From the IMG/VR virus record IMGVR_UViG_3300037834_000023, positions 1-40,964 of that record: a stretch of 40,964 bases of DNA. One strand, 5' to 3'. Each line of letters begins with the position of its first letter. The first letter of the stretch is position 1. Positions 7,501-17,718 of this stretch are shown piece after piece. Source of the stretch: a virus. Its lineage: Duplodnaviria > Caudoviricetes. Position numbers and translations under genes: made by a program. Below the pieces are notes generated by a model, which had not been told where the DNA came from, searched no databases, and saw only the letters and a list, made by a program, of their open reading frames with translations.

Positions 7501-10361
7501 GGCTTGGCCTCGAAGGTTATCTCGCCAAAGAGTGTGATTGTCTGGCCGGTCGCCGAGATGACGAAAACGGTGCGGACATAATAGGTGCCTGCTGAAGGCG
7601 TGACGTTCTGGGCCAGATTGACCGACCCCGGCACCTCGTCATACCATTCCTCGCCGATATAGCGCCCCGCAACAGCGCCCGATCCGGTGATGGCGCTGCC
7701 AAAATCGGTCCAGCTCGAACCGTCCGACGAATACTGATTTTTGAATGTGCCGGACCTGTTGCCGCCGCTCACGCCATAGCTGACCCCGCCAGATACATAG
7801 AGTTTTTCGCCCGATGCCACCACGAGTTGCGGCGCTGCGGCGCTATGTGCGATGGCATAGGTCGTTGTCGATTGGCTCTGATCTGCAGTCCGCGTGGCAA
7901 TCTTGTTGCTGCTCGTCGGCGGGCCGCTCAGGGCTTTGGTCAGCGTGCAGTCATGCTTGCCCACAACTGTGCCGTTATAGCTGATTGTCAAGCGCCACTG
8001 GATAACGGAAGAGCCTGAATTGAAGGCCGAGGGCGTAACATCGCCCTTGCTCGACCCGCTCGACGATAGCGATATCGTCCCGCCATCCGCCCCGCTGCTG
8101 CCATCGCTCAGCTTGGTCGCGGTGTAAGTGACCAGCGTGTCCGACTTGATCGACGCCCCGTTGCGCAGCACCGATGGCGCAAATGTCGGATAAGCCCCCG
8201 TCACCGCGCCGGTATAGTCGGCGGCGATGGTCTTGTTGGCGCCACCCACGATATCGGTCGATATCTGCTTGGCCAGTGTCATCGCCTCGATGATCGCGGT
8301 GGTCAGCGCGGCGAGCGCATCGCGATAGGCATTCAGCGTCGCGTCATAACTGCCCCGCGCCACCGGGCTGTCGGAGCTCACATCGTTCCAGGCGGGCGAC
8401 AGCGCATTGCGCAGCGACAGCCATGCCGTGCGCGCCGCTGCCGCCGCGCTCGTCGAAACCCCGGCAACCGCCGCCGAGGCGATCAGCGTCGTGTAGCTGC
8501 CTTCGAGCGTCGCATCTTCAGGGATCAGCGTGCTGACCTTTTCGCTGATGTCGATCACGCCGTCATCGTCGATCGCGACCAGCCTGTTGATCGCATCGGT
8601 CGCATCTTCCTGCGCCGCGTCCGCCGCCGCTTGCGCGTTCGACGCATCGACCAAAGATTGCTCAACTCCCACATCGCGCACCCGCGAATAGCCGCTGCTG
8701 GTGATCGGCACCCCGCGAAACAGGATCGGATCGCCCCGGTGCAGAATCGTCTGCCCGCTGAACTGGTGGCCGATATCGTCGATATCGTACCAGATATGGC
8801 CTTCGACCGGCGCGACAGGCCGGATGGTCGGCGTGCGCGACGTCACCGGCATCGCCAGGCTGATCGCCAGGGTGTCGAGCGTTTCGGGCGGCACCAGCAC
8901 CGATGCCGGCGGCGCGCCGCTGGTTGCCGCAAGCGCAAAGGCATGCTTGGCGTCGGTTTCGGAAATGACGGTCAGCTCGCCGCTGCCATCCTCCATTGTC
9001 CGGCGCTTGCCGATGATCTTGACCTTTTGGGCAGCCAGCCCGATCGGCGGCAGCTGCGCGGTCAGGAAGGTTCCGACCGGATAGGTCAGCAGACGAGCCT
9101 TCACCGGAATGACAATCGGCCCCAGTTCGCGGCTGTTCGCCATCTTGTACGCCGCCAGCTGCGCCGCCTGATTCTTGGCGGTCACCATCTGGAACGGGAA
9201 CTGATCGGCCTTTTCCTCGCCGTCAGCCGCCAGCGCTGCGGTATCGACGATCTTGTCGGTAGGAACCGGCTCCCAACGGTGGGCGGGGCTGGTATAGACG
9301 CCCTGCACCGTGTTGAGCCGGCTCGCATAGCCCTGCGTCACCGGCAGGCTGATTTCGCCGTCGGCAAGGTCGTGGATCGTGATCGTATCGACCGACACAC
9401 CCGCCGCGTTGAAATCGAAACGCAGACGCGCCCCCGGCACCGGCACGCCGCCGCCTGCCTCGCAAATCAGCTTCAGATTGTTCCACTTGTCGCCGGGCTC
9501 GTAAATCGACCCGTTGGCTTCCCAGCCATTGGCGTCGCACAGATTGGCAAAGGCAACCGCGCTGGCGATATCGACGCCGAATTCGCCCAGATCGACGCCG
9601 AAAACTTTTTTCCCATTCTGGTAGCGGCCATAGGCGTAGGTCAGCGCGTGCAGCGCGGGGTTTTTGGTGAAGGTCCAGGTCGCTTCATTGTCGATCCGCT
9701 GCGTTCCCGCGCCGCCGGGGCGTGTCGAATCGAAACGCGGATCGTAAGCGCGCACGCCGTCGGCGATCACCCCGAACTGCGGCACGCCCGCCTGCCACAC
9801 CTTGCCCTTCTTGTCGAATTTCAGCGTGTATTTGATGCCGAAGAAACCCGACAGCTTGTGCGCCGCCGACCATCCCGGCTCGCCCGCAAACTGCGCCGCC
9901 AGCGCGCGGGGCGCGGGGCCGGTGCCGTCGAGCCAGTCGCGCCACAGGAAACCCGAATAATAGCCGGTGGCGGCGGTGCCGGAAAAGCCGACGTTGGCAA
10001 AATCCGCCTGCACCGCGACCAGCGCGTGGATCGGGCCGCAGCCCGAATAGACCATCGTCATCGCGCGATAGGGATTGTCGACATCCGAAACCACGCCGCC
10101 ATAGCCGACATCGTGGATCAACGCCCCGCCGCTGTAACTTCGCCCGATCATGTACGGAATGGGCTGATTGGCCCCGACCGTGATGTTGGTCACCTGCCCC
10201 ACCGCGCGCGGCGGTTTTGCGGTAATCTGCGCCAGCGTGCCGGTCACCGCCGACACCGCGCCCGCAATTAGGGCAATCTTTTGGCCAATCACGGGTACAA
10301 ACTGCGCCACGCTAGCGACCACGCCAGCGACCTTCGACACGACTTTGAGGAATTTGCTCAT
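7497..10361 (-). CDS. Central tail tip / host-specificity protein (J-like)
   Basis: PIPYMIGR, YDPR, WTFTKNPALHAL, CDANGW motifs; start at MSKFLK by ATGA overlap. Confidence 0.85.
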   Translation of the reverse strand: MSKFLKVVSKVAGVVASVAQFVPVIGQKIALIAGAVSAVTGTLAQITAKPPRAVGQVTNITVGANQPIPYMIGRSYSGGALIHDVGYGGVVSDVDNPYRAMTMVYSGCGPIHALVAVQADFANVGFSGTAATGYYSGFLWRDWLDGTGPAPRALAAQFAGEPGWSAAHKLSGFFGIKYTLKFDKKGKVWQAGVPQFGVIADGVRAYDPRFDSTRPGGAGTQRIDNEATWTFTKNPALHALTYAYGRYQNGKKVFGVDLGEFGVDIASAVAFANLCDANGWEANGSIYEPGDKWNNLKLICEAGGGVPVPGARLRFDFNAAGVSVDTITIHDLADGEISLPVTQGYASRLNTVQGVYTSPAHRWEPVPTDKIVDTAALAADGEEKADQFPFQMVTAKNQAAQLAAYKMANSRELGPIVIPVKARLLTYPVGTFLTAQLPPIGLAAQKVKIIGKRRTMEDGSGELTVISETDAKHAFALAATSGAPPASVLVPPETLDTLAISLAMPVTSRTPTIRPVAPVEGHIWYDIDDIGHQFSGQTILHRGDPILFRGVPITSSGYSRVRDVGVEQSLVDASNAQAAADAAQEDATDAINRLVAIDDDGVIDISEKVSTLIPEDATLEGSYTTLIASAAVAGVSTSAAAAARTAWLSLRNALSPAWNDVSSDSPVARGSYDATLNAYRDALAALTTAIIEAMTLAKQISTDIVGGANKTIAADYTGAVTGAYPTFAPSVLRNGASIKSDTLVTYTATKLSDGSSGADGGTISLSSSGSSKGDVTPSAFNSGSSVIQWRLTISYNGTVVGKHDCTLTKALSGPPTSSNKIATRTADQSQSTTTYAIAHSAAAPQLVVASGEKLYVSGGVSYGVSGGNRSGTFKNQYSSDGSSWTDFGSAITGSGAVAGRYIGEEWYDEVPGSVNLAQNVTPSAGTYYVRTVFVISATGQTITLFGEITFEAKP

Positions 10362-10786
10362 GATTTGCCCTGAAACTCGACACGCCACGCGCGCTGCACC
10401 CCGTCAGGGTCGATTGCGAAATTGACTATCTGGGCATGCCCTTCGGACCATCCGAACAGCAATTGTCCCGAATGGATGCCCAGGCTATCGAACGGCTTCC
10501 CCGCCCCTGCCAGCACGTCGCCGGGCAGCATGAAAGCAGGCGGAATCGGTTGCAGGTACCGCCCGACCAGTTCGATCAGGCTGGCCGCCCCCTGCGCCGC
10601 CAGCGCCTTCCTTGCCCCCGCCACACCGCGATAGGCGGGCAGCGGCGGCAGCGTGTAGCCAAAGCCCGACAGATGCGCGTGCACCATCATCAGGCAATCG
10701 GCCCTGCCATAGCCAAAGGCCCGGCGCTCGAACGCGTCACGCGTCGCCTGCGTCACCACACAGCGGTCATAGTAATTATTCTGCAT
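10358..10786 (-). CDS. Tail assembly protein, NlpC/P60-like
   Basis: FGYGRADCL and PGDV motifs; position between hub and tip genes. Confidence 0.75.
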   Translation of the reverse strand: MQNNYYDRCVVTQATRDAFERRAFGYGRADCLMMVHAHLSGFGYTLPPLPAYRGVAGARKALAAQGAASLIELVGRYLQPIPPAFMLPGDVLAGAGKPFDSLGIHSGQLLFGWSEGHAQIVNFAIDPDGVQRAWRVEFQGKS

Positions 10787-11442
10787 CAGAACTCGCGCGG
10801 CAGGAAAAGCCCGCCGTCCATTCCCGAACCGTCCCCAAATCCGCCGCCGCCACCATAACCGCCGCCCCAGTTGGTCGGCCCTGCCGTACCGCGCGGCGGG
10901 CTCTTGACCCCCCACGGCACCGCCATCTCGATTCCGGTCGCATTATCGAACCCGTTCTCGCCCAGCCAGATGCTGGTGTGGAACGCGCGCGACAGCGTGT
11001 TGCCCTCGCGCAGCAGGAACAGTTTGTCGCTCCGGCCCACGACGGTGAAATCGACCGCCCGGGCATTCTTGCCCATGCGCAGCGTCGGCACGTCGATGAT
11101 GCCATCGAATACCAGGTCGGGCGTTCCAGTGACCAGCCCCGTCGCCGCAACAATCTCCGCCAGATGGCAGAATATCCGCGCGCCCTGAAACGCCGGGTTG
11201 GCGACCGTCACCGCATGCGCATCCTGCTCCGGGTGGAATGTCACCTGCCAGGCGGGCAGCTCGTCGGCTATTCCTTCCTCGATCTCCGCCATCGCCGCGA
11301 CCACGCCGAACGCGGCATCGACCCCGTCGTACAGCGTCGCACCCCATTTGACCGCTGCACAATCGCTCAACCGTACCGTGCCGGTCGGCAACTGCATCTC
11401 GATCAGGCCCGCAAGCCAGATGACATCGTCGCCCAAAGCCAT
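10786..11442 (-). CDS. Minor tail (hub-like) protein
   Basis: Position after Dit; composition typical of siphovirus minor tail proteins. Confidence 0.7.
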   Translation of the reverse strand: MALGDDVIWLAGLIEMQLPTGTVRLSDCAAVKWGATLYDGVDAAFGVVAAMAEIEEGIADELPAWQVTFHPEQDAHAVTVANPAFQGARIFCHLAEIVAATGLVTGTPDLVFDGIIDVPTLRMGKNARAVDFTVVGRSDKLFLLREGNTLSRAFHTSIWLGENGFDNATGIEMAVPWGVKSPPRGTAGPTNWGGGYGGGGGFGDGSGMDGGLFLPREF

Positions 11443-11447
11443 GCCGG

Positions 11448-12041
11448 TTACCGCAATTCGCTGATCGTGAAGCCCATGCCCTGCGCCAGACGCGCTTCGG
11501 TGAACGGCAGGTGCGGGTCGTCGAGCTCTACGCTGCCCTCGATCACCGGCGCGGCGATTTCCACCGGGTCATTGTCCGAAGGCGAGGCGCGCAGCGGCAG
11601 CGCAAGCAGGATCGATCCTGCACCAGCACCGTTCAGCGCACCGTCCTGTGCCAGCGGATAGAGATATTTGCGGCCGCCCGTGGTGATCGACACGCATTGC
11701 CCAGCCTTGTAGGCATAGCCCCCAGCCCCGCCGTCGATCGCCAGCGTCTGCCCGACCTGTCCCGCCCCGTTGACCAAAGGCGCGCCCGGCGCGCCCACAA
11801 CCAGCCCGACCTGACGCAGTGTCATCCGCCCGCCTTCGAACAGCGCAGCGGTCAGCGCGGCAAACCAGCGGCGGGCGGTATCCCCCTGCATCGGCGGCAA
11901 TTGCACCGGCAACTGGCATCGCGCGCCGGGCCGGTTCACGATCTGCGACCCACCGCCCAGCGTGCTGTCGATCACGCCCCCTGCGTGGATGATGCGCAGG
12001 TCGCTGGTCACCGGCCCCGGCGTGGCTGGAAAGGTGATCAT
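11448..12041 (-). CDS. Distal tail protein (Dit-like)
   Basis: Directly after the tape measure gene; LPPM, PLRASP and terminal FTISE pattern. Confidence 0.7.
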   Translation of the reverse strand: MITFPATPGPVTSDLRIIHAGGVIDSTLGGGSQIVNRPGARCQLPVQLPPMQGDTARRWFAALTAALFEGGRMTLRQVGLVVGAPGAPLVNGAGQVGQTLAIDGGAGGYAYKAGQCVSITTGGRKYLYPLAQDGALNGAGAGSILLALPLRASPSDNDPVEIAAPVIEGSVELDDPHLPFTEARLAQGMGFTISELR

Positions 12042-14062
12042 GCCAACCGCCGCGACCCGCGTCGCATCATGTCATGCTGCGCCAGATTGGCGCCCATCCT
12101 TGCCGCAGCCGGTGCCGCCGCCGCGACTACGCGGCCCGCCTGGCTTTGCACCCGCGCGTCGAAATAATCGTTCGCCTGCACCATCACGCGCACCAGGCCG
12201 CCCGAGGCGCCGCCGTCATTTTCCGGCCTGATCGACAGCGTTTCGCCCCGCGATGCGCGCAGCAAGGGTCGCCCGTTCAGCGAGATCATGTTGCGGTCGA
12301 TGCCGCCAAATCCGCCCAGCTTCATCGCCCCGCCATGCGCAAAGCCGGGAGGCGCACTACCTCCTGTGCCGCCCGTCCCGCCCATGCCGGGAAAGGACAA
12401 AGGCCCGATCTTGAACCCGCCCGTCGCCTGCCCGATGCTCGACAACAGGCCCAGCACACTGTCGACGATGCTGAAGAAATCGCCATCCTTGAACGATTTG
12501 ACCAGATTGCCGAAATATCCACTGATGTCGCGCGCCATGTCGGCAAAACTGTCGGCAAAGGCGTCGTTCATTTTCTGCGCGCGGCGCACGCCGTCCTGCC
12601 AGGTGTCGAGATAATCCTCGATCTGGTCTTCGGCGCTGGCAAAGACCTCGTCTTCATTATCGGGCGTAACTGTTTGCGTTGCCTCGTCTTTCGTATCCAG
12701 CCTGTCCTGATACTGCCCGAACAACCGCCGCTTTGCCGCAAGCTTTGCGGTATCGTCGAGGTTCGATGCCGTGATCTTGGCGATCTTGTCATTATATTCG
12801 GCCAGCGCGGCAAGCTCGGGGAACAATTCGTTCAGCGTCGCCTTGATATCCGCCGCCATCTGCCGGTGCGCTTCCGCCGTTTTGGTCGTCGCCTTCTGCG
12901 CCGGATCGACCATCACCTTGTCGAGCCGCGCCATTTCTGTCGCGATGCCATCGACCATATCGGGGATGTAGCTATGCCCGACGACCGCGTCGTACAGGCC
13001 GAAGAACATCTTCTTCACCCGCTCGATCTTCGCCTCGGCAGCATCCCACACCTTGCCCAATGTGCCGGTAACCCACTGCCGGATGCTCGTGACCATGTTG
13101 GCGATGTAGGCCGCCGATTCGGTCGCAAAACTGGCGATCCGGCTTTTGACGCTGGCATAGGTTTCGGCAATCCGCGTCCAGAGCAGCTTGTTCTCGCCCT
13201 CGTGCTTTTCGAGATCGGCGTACATCGTGTTCCACCAGTCGCGCGCGCGACTGACAAAATCTGCGACACTACCGATCGCAACCTGCAACTGGATTTTCAG
13301 GTTGGCGACGAATGTTTCGTAAGCCTTGATCCCTTCGATATTCTCTCCTGCCAGCTTGGCGTTCATCGCCTCGATCTGCAGGTTCATCTTTGCCAGTTCG
13401 TCAGCGCCCTTATCGGCTGCGGCGATGACGTCATCGGTCAGCACGATGCCAAGACGCTCCGCCTCGGCGCGGTATCCGGCAATGCCCCGAGATCCTTCGG
13501 CAAAAAGCGGCAGCAGCGTCGATGCCGATTTACCGAGCAATTGGTTGGCCATTGCCGCGCGTTCGGCGGGCGAGGGCAGCTTGTTCAAGCCATCGGCGAT
13601 TTCGGGAATGAGATCGCCGAAGTCGCGCACATTTCCCTTCGCGTCGCGGATACTGACGCCGATGGCGGCATAGGCTGCCGCGATCTGCTTGTTGCCGGTC
13701 GCGGCCTGCCCCAGACGGCGCGTACCCATCTGCAGCGCCTTGTCCATTTCATCCTGCGCAATGCCTGTCTGTGTCGCGGCAAAGCGATATTCCTGCAACG
13801 CGCGTGTAGAAACGCCGAGCTGTGTCGCCTGCTCGCCGATGCTGCTGGCGACTTCCAGACCCCGTTTCGACATTTCCGAAAACTGATTAAGAACGCCTGC
13901 ACCGATCAGCCCGACAAACGCGCCTTTGATGACGGCAGCACCTGCCGACATCGATTTCTGGAAAGCCGTCACGTCCTTTTGCGCCCGTTTTGTGCCGCGC
14001 GTGAACTCTGCGGAATCAAGCCCAAGGGTGACACGCAGCGCGCCAATAATCGATGAAGACAT
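12038..14062 (-). CDS. Tail tape measure protein
   Basis: IGALRVTLGLDSAEF start, Ala-rich helical body, VVGHSYIPDMVDGI, FAHGG. Confidence 0.92.
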   Translation of the reverse strand: MSSSIIGALRVTLGLDSAEFTRGTKRAQKDVTAFQKSMSAGAAVIKGAFVGLIGAGVLNQFSEMSKRGLEVASSIGEQATQLGVSTRALQEYRFAATQTGIAQDEMDKALQMGTRRLGQAATGNKQIAAAYAAIGVSIRDAKGNVRDFGDLIPEIADGLNKLPSPAERAAMANQLLGKSASTLLPLFAEGSRGIAGYRAEAERLGIVLTDDVIAAADKGADELAKMNLQIEAMNAKLAGENIEGIKAYETFVANLKIQLQVAIGSVADFVSRARDWWNTMYADLEKHEGENKLLWTRIAETYASVKSRIASFATESAAYIANMVTSIRQWVTGTLGKVWDAAEAKIERVKKMFFGLYDAVVGHSYIPDMVDGIATEMARLDKVMVDPAQKATTKTAEAHRQMAADIKATLNELFPELAALAEYNDKIAKITASNLDDTAKLAAKRRLFGQYQDRLDTKDEATQTVTPDNEDEVFASAEDQIEDYLDTWQDGVRRAQKMNDAFADSFADMARDISGYFGNLVKSFKDGDFFSIVDSVLGLLSSIGQATGGFKIGPLSFPGMGGTGGTGGSAPPGFAHGGAMKLGGFGGIDRNMISLNGRPLLRASRGETLSIRPENDGGASGGLVRVMVQANDYFDARVQSQAGRVVAAAAPAAARMGANLAQHDMMRRGSRRLA

Positions 14063-14065
14063 GGA

Positions 14066-14413
14066 TTACCCCCCGTCGCCCTGCGTGCCACCACCCTGCC
14101 CCAGCGCGTGGCGCCAGAGCTGGATATTATGCGCCATCATCGTGGCGCTCATTGCCTTGCCCGACCGCGCACCTTCGCGCCCGGTCAGTTTTTCGAATGT
14201 CGGAAAGCTCTTTTCCCGCTGCGTCCGTCCGATCATCAGCGCCAGCGTGGCGCTACGGTCGAGATAGGCCTGATAGGCCAGCAGCACGATACGCGGGGTG
14301 ACTGTCCAGAAAAGGTGATAATCGCCGCCGGCCTCCAGCCAGCGCCCGATCAGTCTTTCCCAGTTCCAGATTTCCTCTTCGCTGGCGGCCGCTTCGCCGC
14401 CTTCGCTAAAGGG
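14066..14413 (-). CDS. Tail assembly chaperone C-terminal extension (gpT-like), reached by -1 frameshift
   Basis: The -1 frame is open from at least 14440 to 14066 and encodes W-rich FWTVTPR; slippery C CCT TTA at 14413-14407. Confidence 0.75.
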   Translation of the reverse strand, partial: PFSEGGEAAASEEEIWNWERLIGRWLEAGGDYHLFWTVTPRIVLLAYQAYLDRSATLALMIGRTQREKSFPTFEKLTGREGARSGKAMSATMMAHNIQLWRHALGQGGGTQGDGG

Positions 14414-14751
14414 CGGGAGGCATCCTTTTTCCCGGTCGGCAGCGCCGCGCCCAGCGTTGCCGACATCTGCGCAAAGACCGCGGGGTCCGCCGCCATCTGC
14501 ATCGCGGTTTCAAGATCGATGTCGGGATGATGCTGGCCCAGCATCGCCTGCACCAGATAGGCGAGTTCGGAGAATTTGGGCAGCTCGCCGATCGCCTGCA
14601 CGCGGTCGAGATGCAGCATGACATAGGCGAAACTGCGGTCTGCGGCGCGTTCGTACCGCACGATCGTCATGTGATCGGCAATCGCGGTATAGCTTGCGCC
14701 GTCGAACTCGAATGTGACCGTCGGTACCAGCGGGGGGGACTGGTCGGTCAT
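14350..14751 (-). CDS. Tail assembly chaperone (gpG-like)
   Basis: Between tail tube and tape measure genes; start MTDQSP by TGATG coupling. Confidence 0.8.
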   Translation of the reverse strand: MTDQSPPLVPTVTFEFDGASYTAIADHMTIVRYERAADRSFAYVMLHLDRVQAIGELPKFSELAYLVQAMLGQHHPDIDLETAMQMAADPAVFAQMSATLGAALPTGKKDASRPLAKAAKRPPAKRKSGTGKD

Positions 14752-15200
14752 CAGGCAGAAACGCCCTGCGTCACCGCGCCGGTGATCTTGACAGTGAAGC
14801 TCGCGGTCTGCTTGCCGTCCACTTCCATTTCGTCGGGTGCGTAGGCGGTGACATAGCCCTGGAAGCTGATGTCGTAGGTTCCGGTCGCCGCTTTCAGCAC
14901 GCATTTGCAGTTCATCAGCGTGCCGCCCGTCATCGCCGCCAGCATCGCCGCATCGCCCGCCGAACCGACGATATAATGGACCTGCCCGGAAATCTCGCCC
15001 GCGTCATACACGCCTTCGATGATGAACTCGCGCGCCTGACTGGGGCTGTCATGCGTGGTCGCATCGATCGTACCGCGCTCCCATTGCGGCGGCTGCACAC
15101 TCAAAAGCTCGGCGATCTTATGCGTTGCCGTAACGATGGCCGTCGGCGCGGCGACCATGCAGAATATTGCGCCGAGCGCTGTTTTTGCAGCAACGGTCAT
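14751..15200 (-). CDS. Major tail tube protein
   Basis: IDATTHDS, REFIIEG.DAGEIS, FQGYVT, TASFTVKITG. Confidence 0.88.
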   Translation of the reverse strand: MTVAAKTALGAIFCMVAAPTAIVTATHKIAELLSVQPPQWERGTIDATTHDSPSQAREFIIEGVYDAGEISGQVHYIVGSAGDAAMLAAMTGGTLMNCKCVLKAATGTYDISFQGYVTAYAPDEMEVDGKQTASFTVKITGAVTQGVSA

Positions 15201-15215
15201 TACTTTGTCCTTTCG

Positions 15216-15626
15216 TTAAAGGGCTTCGTGGAAAAACTGGAAATCGGCGCTGACCCGGAAAATCCGGGTGCCATCGGTCAAATCTTCGGGCGGCATGTCG
15301 CGCTGCGTATCGAGCGCTGCCGGATGAAATCGCGTCCCAGCGACATCGACATGCGGCATGGTTTCGAGTTCGGCGCGCCAGACGAGGAACAGCGCGCGCA
15401 GCTGATCGGGGCTCTCGCCGTAAAAATCCATCTGCACCCGCGCGCGGTCGAGCCCGTCGGGGCCGCCATGCGTCCACTCCCGCCCCGGCGACACCAAAGT
15501 CAGCACCATCGCCGGAAATTCGGGCGTGCAAAGCCGGGGCCGTTCGAACCATGCGATCCGCCCGCCCAGCGGCGACAGTCCCGCGACCGCGTTCGCACGC
15601 GTCAACAGGTCGGCTTCCATCGTCAT
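15216..15626 (-). CDS. Tail terminator (DUF3168-like)
   Basis: RVQMDFYG and FRVSADF motifs; position. Confidence 0.8.
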   Translation of the reverse strand: MTMEADLLTRANAVAGLSPLGGRIAWFERPRLCTPEFPAMVLTLVSPGREWTHGGPDGLDRARVQMDFYGESPDQLRALFLVWRAELETMPHVDVAGTRFHPAALDTQRDMPPEDLTDGTRIFRVSADFQFFHEAL

Positions 15627-15629
15627 TGT

Positions 15630-16139
15630 CTATCCCCGCGCCCGCCGCATTGCCTGCCGTCCGGCGGACTTGCCGACCTCGGCCCACATTTCATCGCCGA
15701 TGCGACTAAGGGCGGTTTCATTCCCCTCGCTATCCCAAGCAGGGCGCATGAATGGCTGCGCTGGCGTGTCGTGCGTACCGAATTCCTGAAGCCGCCCAAC
15801 ACGGTCGCGCGTCCCGACGTGAACCTCGACCTCCGCTTTGCCCAACTTCCGGTTTTTTGCTGCCTGCCGTTTTGAAAGCCGAGTGCCGATATTTATGTGA
15901 GACTTAAGCGAGCCTTTGACGCGGATAATCTCACGCTTCGCTCCCTTCTTTCCGACTTTCCGAATATCGGAACCTTCGGATCGCATCGGCGCTAAGGACT
16001 CTGCTTTCGCCGCAATCGGTGCCGCCGCTTTCTTAAGCGCCCGAACCGATGTCGATTTTCTTGTCGCCGCTTTTTCCAGTTCCGACAGCGCCTTTTCCAG
16101 TTCCCTGCCCCCCAGAAACTTGAACTTGGTTATCGACAT
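15630..16139 (-). CDS. HK97 gp10-like tail completion protein
   Basis: G.RELEKAL, EFGT, PAQPFMRPAWD. Confidence 0.85.
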   Translation of the reverse strand: MSITKFKFLGGRELEKALSELEKAATRKSTSVRALKKAAAPIAAKAESLAPMRSEGSDIRKVGKKGAKREIIRVKGSLKSHINIGTRLSKRQAAKNRKLGKAEVEVHVGTRDRVGRLQEFGTHDTPAQPFMRPAWDSEGNETALSRIGDEMWAEVGKSAGRQAMRRARG

Positions 16140-16296
16140 CGCCCTGTTCCTTCGCCCGCTTGACCCAGCCCTGCGCAACCAGCGCGTCGGCCGTGGCGGC
16201 CGAAACGACATATTCGTCGCCCTTCGCCTTTTCCCGCGTGTCGCCATAATCGTTGCTGTGCGCCCGCCGCGCCGTGACCCGAACCTGTTCCATCAT
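16033..16296 (-). CDS. Small hypothetical neck-region protein
   Basis: ATGA coupling to the head closure gene; GDEYVV..A.ALVAQGWV; 3' end overlaps the gp10-like gene by about 107 nt. Confidence 0.5.
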   Translation of the reverse strand: MMEQVRVTARRAHSNDYGDTREKAKGDEYVVSAATADALVAQGWVKRAKEQGDVDNQVQVSGGQGTGKGAVGTGKSGDKKIDIGSGA

Positions 16297-16631
16297 TCAC
16301 TCCTGACCGTTGCGGTAAATTCGATTTCATGCCCCTGCGCACCGACCTGCGATATTGCCGAAATTCCCCACTGCACGCCTTCGAAGACGATCCGGTCGCG
16401 TCGTGTGACACTTCGCAGTGAGGTGTTCGACAGACAGCGAAACATTGCCGTCTGCACGCCCCCCGCTGCAGCAGCCTCGCGCCGCTCCGATCCGTTACCG
16501 AACAGCACCATCGCCCACGCACGGGTCAAAGGCACAAAACTCTCTGTCTCTACCCCCGACCCGGCCTCAGTCGAAACTACCGATCGCAAGAACGCGATCT
16601 GGCGGTCACGCCGACCCGCCGGCGTCGTCAT
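16293..16631 (-). CDS. Head closure / head-tail adaptor (SPP1 gp16-like)
   Basis: AGRRDRQIAF, WAMV, ERREA, DRIVFEG.WGI. Confidence 0.85.
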   Translation of the reverse strand: MTTPAGRRDRQIAFLRSVVSTEAGSGVETESFVPLTRAWAMVLFGNGSERREAAAAGGVQTAMFRCLSNTSLRSVTRRDRIVFEGVQWGISAISQVGAQGHEIEFTATVRSE

Positions 16632-17203
16632 TACAGCCGCACCGGACGATAGGGCCCGCACAGCTGCCGGACGCCAAAAGGTATCTCCACAGGCCCAGAC
16701 CCGAAGGTCACCGCCTCGCGGTTCATGTACAGATGCCCGAGCATCAACTTCGCCGCTGCCAGCAACGACGCGGGAATCGGCAGTGCAGGATCGCTGTAAC
16801 CGGCAGTAAAGGTGATTTCCGCAACGCCGTCGCCATCCGCCATTTCTGGCAAGGCCATGCCGGTCTTGACTTCAACGCGATCAGCCATGGCCACACGCAA
16901 GGTATCAGCAGCGACCAGGCTCTGCTGTGCACCGTCCGCGTCAAGATAGGTCACCGCCGAAATCGCGGTAACCGGCCCCATGCCCATTTCCATCGCCTCG
17001 GCAAGCCGCCCGCGCCATTTGAACGCACGCGAAACCAGCGCCTTTTCGGCATATTGTTCGATCATGTCCACCGCCGCGTCACGAAAGGCAGTGATCAATT
17101 CGTCGCTGTCGTCATCCAGCACCCGCAAATGCGCCTTCGCCATGTCCAGCGGTAGCACCGCGTCACCGTCCAATGCGGTGATGTTGACAAGCGACTGGCG
17201 CAT
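16631..17203 (-). CDS. Head-tail connector (gp6-like)
   Basis: AKAHLRV..DD.LI, ITFTAGY, HLYMNRE. Confidence 0.88.
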   Translation of the reverse strand: MRQSLVNITALDGDAVLPLDMAKAHLRVLDDDSDELITAFRDAAVDMIEQYAEKALVSRAFKWRGRLAEAMEMGMGPVTAISAVTYLDADGAQQSLVAADTLRVAMADRVEVKTGMALPEMADGDGVAEITFTAGYSDPALPIPASLLAAAKLMLGHLYMNREAVTFGSGPVEIPFGVRQLCGPYRPVRL

Positions 17204-17228
17204 TGCGGGTGTCGGCTAACCGTCGCTA

Positions 17229-17621
17229 TCAGGCGACGGGTGCGATGTTCGGATGACCGCGCACGACGACAATGCCGGCAGCGATTGAAGTACCGCCATT
17301 CTTGGTGGTCACCGTGCGAATATACCGTTTTGCGCCGGTGTAGCCGACGCGATAAACGCTGTCCGCCGCCAGCGAGGCAGGGAATGCGCCATTCAGGTTT
17401 TCGGCAGCGACGTCGGTGAAATCCCCTGAAGTCGTGGTGTCCGATTCCTGAATTTTGGTTGTGAAATCACCAGCGCCTACAATCGCGCCGGTGTTGACGA
17501 TGACTTCGGCAGAATTGAAGCCCTGAAGGTCGATGGCCGCCGACGTCGCCGTGGCGGCAACCACCACCGCGCCAAGCGCAGCGACAGGGCTGATGTTGGA
17601 ATGAAGGTCTTTCATTTTCAT
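17229..17621 (-). CDS. Hypothetical virion protein after the capsid gene (possible decoration protein)
   Basis: AAGGA RBS; beta-rich; VGYTGAKRYIR. Confidence 0.7.
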   Translation of the reverse strand: MKMKDLHSNISPVAALGAVVVAATATSAAIDLQGFNSAEVIVNTGAIVGAGDFTTKIQESDTTTSGDFTDVAAENLNGAFPASLAADSVYRVGYTGAKRYIRTVTTKNGGTSIAAGIVVVRGHPNIAPVA

Positions 17622-17672
17622 GTCCTTTTTGAGTGGATTTCAGGCTCCCCGCCCCGCTGGCGGACCCGTAGA

Positions 17673-17698
17673 ACGGCGCCAGACTTGTCCGGCGCCGT
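17673..17698 (-). other. GC-rich hairpin downstream of the capsid gene
   Basis: ACGGCGCCGGA-CAAG-TCTGGCGCCGT on the minus strand with one G-U pair; no U-tract. Confidence 0.5.
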
Positions 17699-17718
17699 CC
17701 GCTATTTCGGTGTGTCGA

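Noticed and set aside
12074-14056. 660-aa plus-strand ORF opposite the tape measure gene (similarly 8631-10271, 17620-19026, 25568-27169, 3587-4888)
   Set aside because: Antisense shadows of GC-rich genes; no motifs, and the minus-strand genes are clearly recognisable
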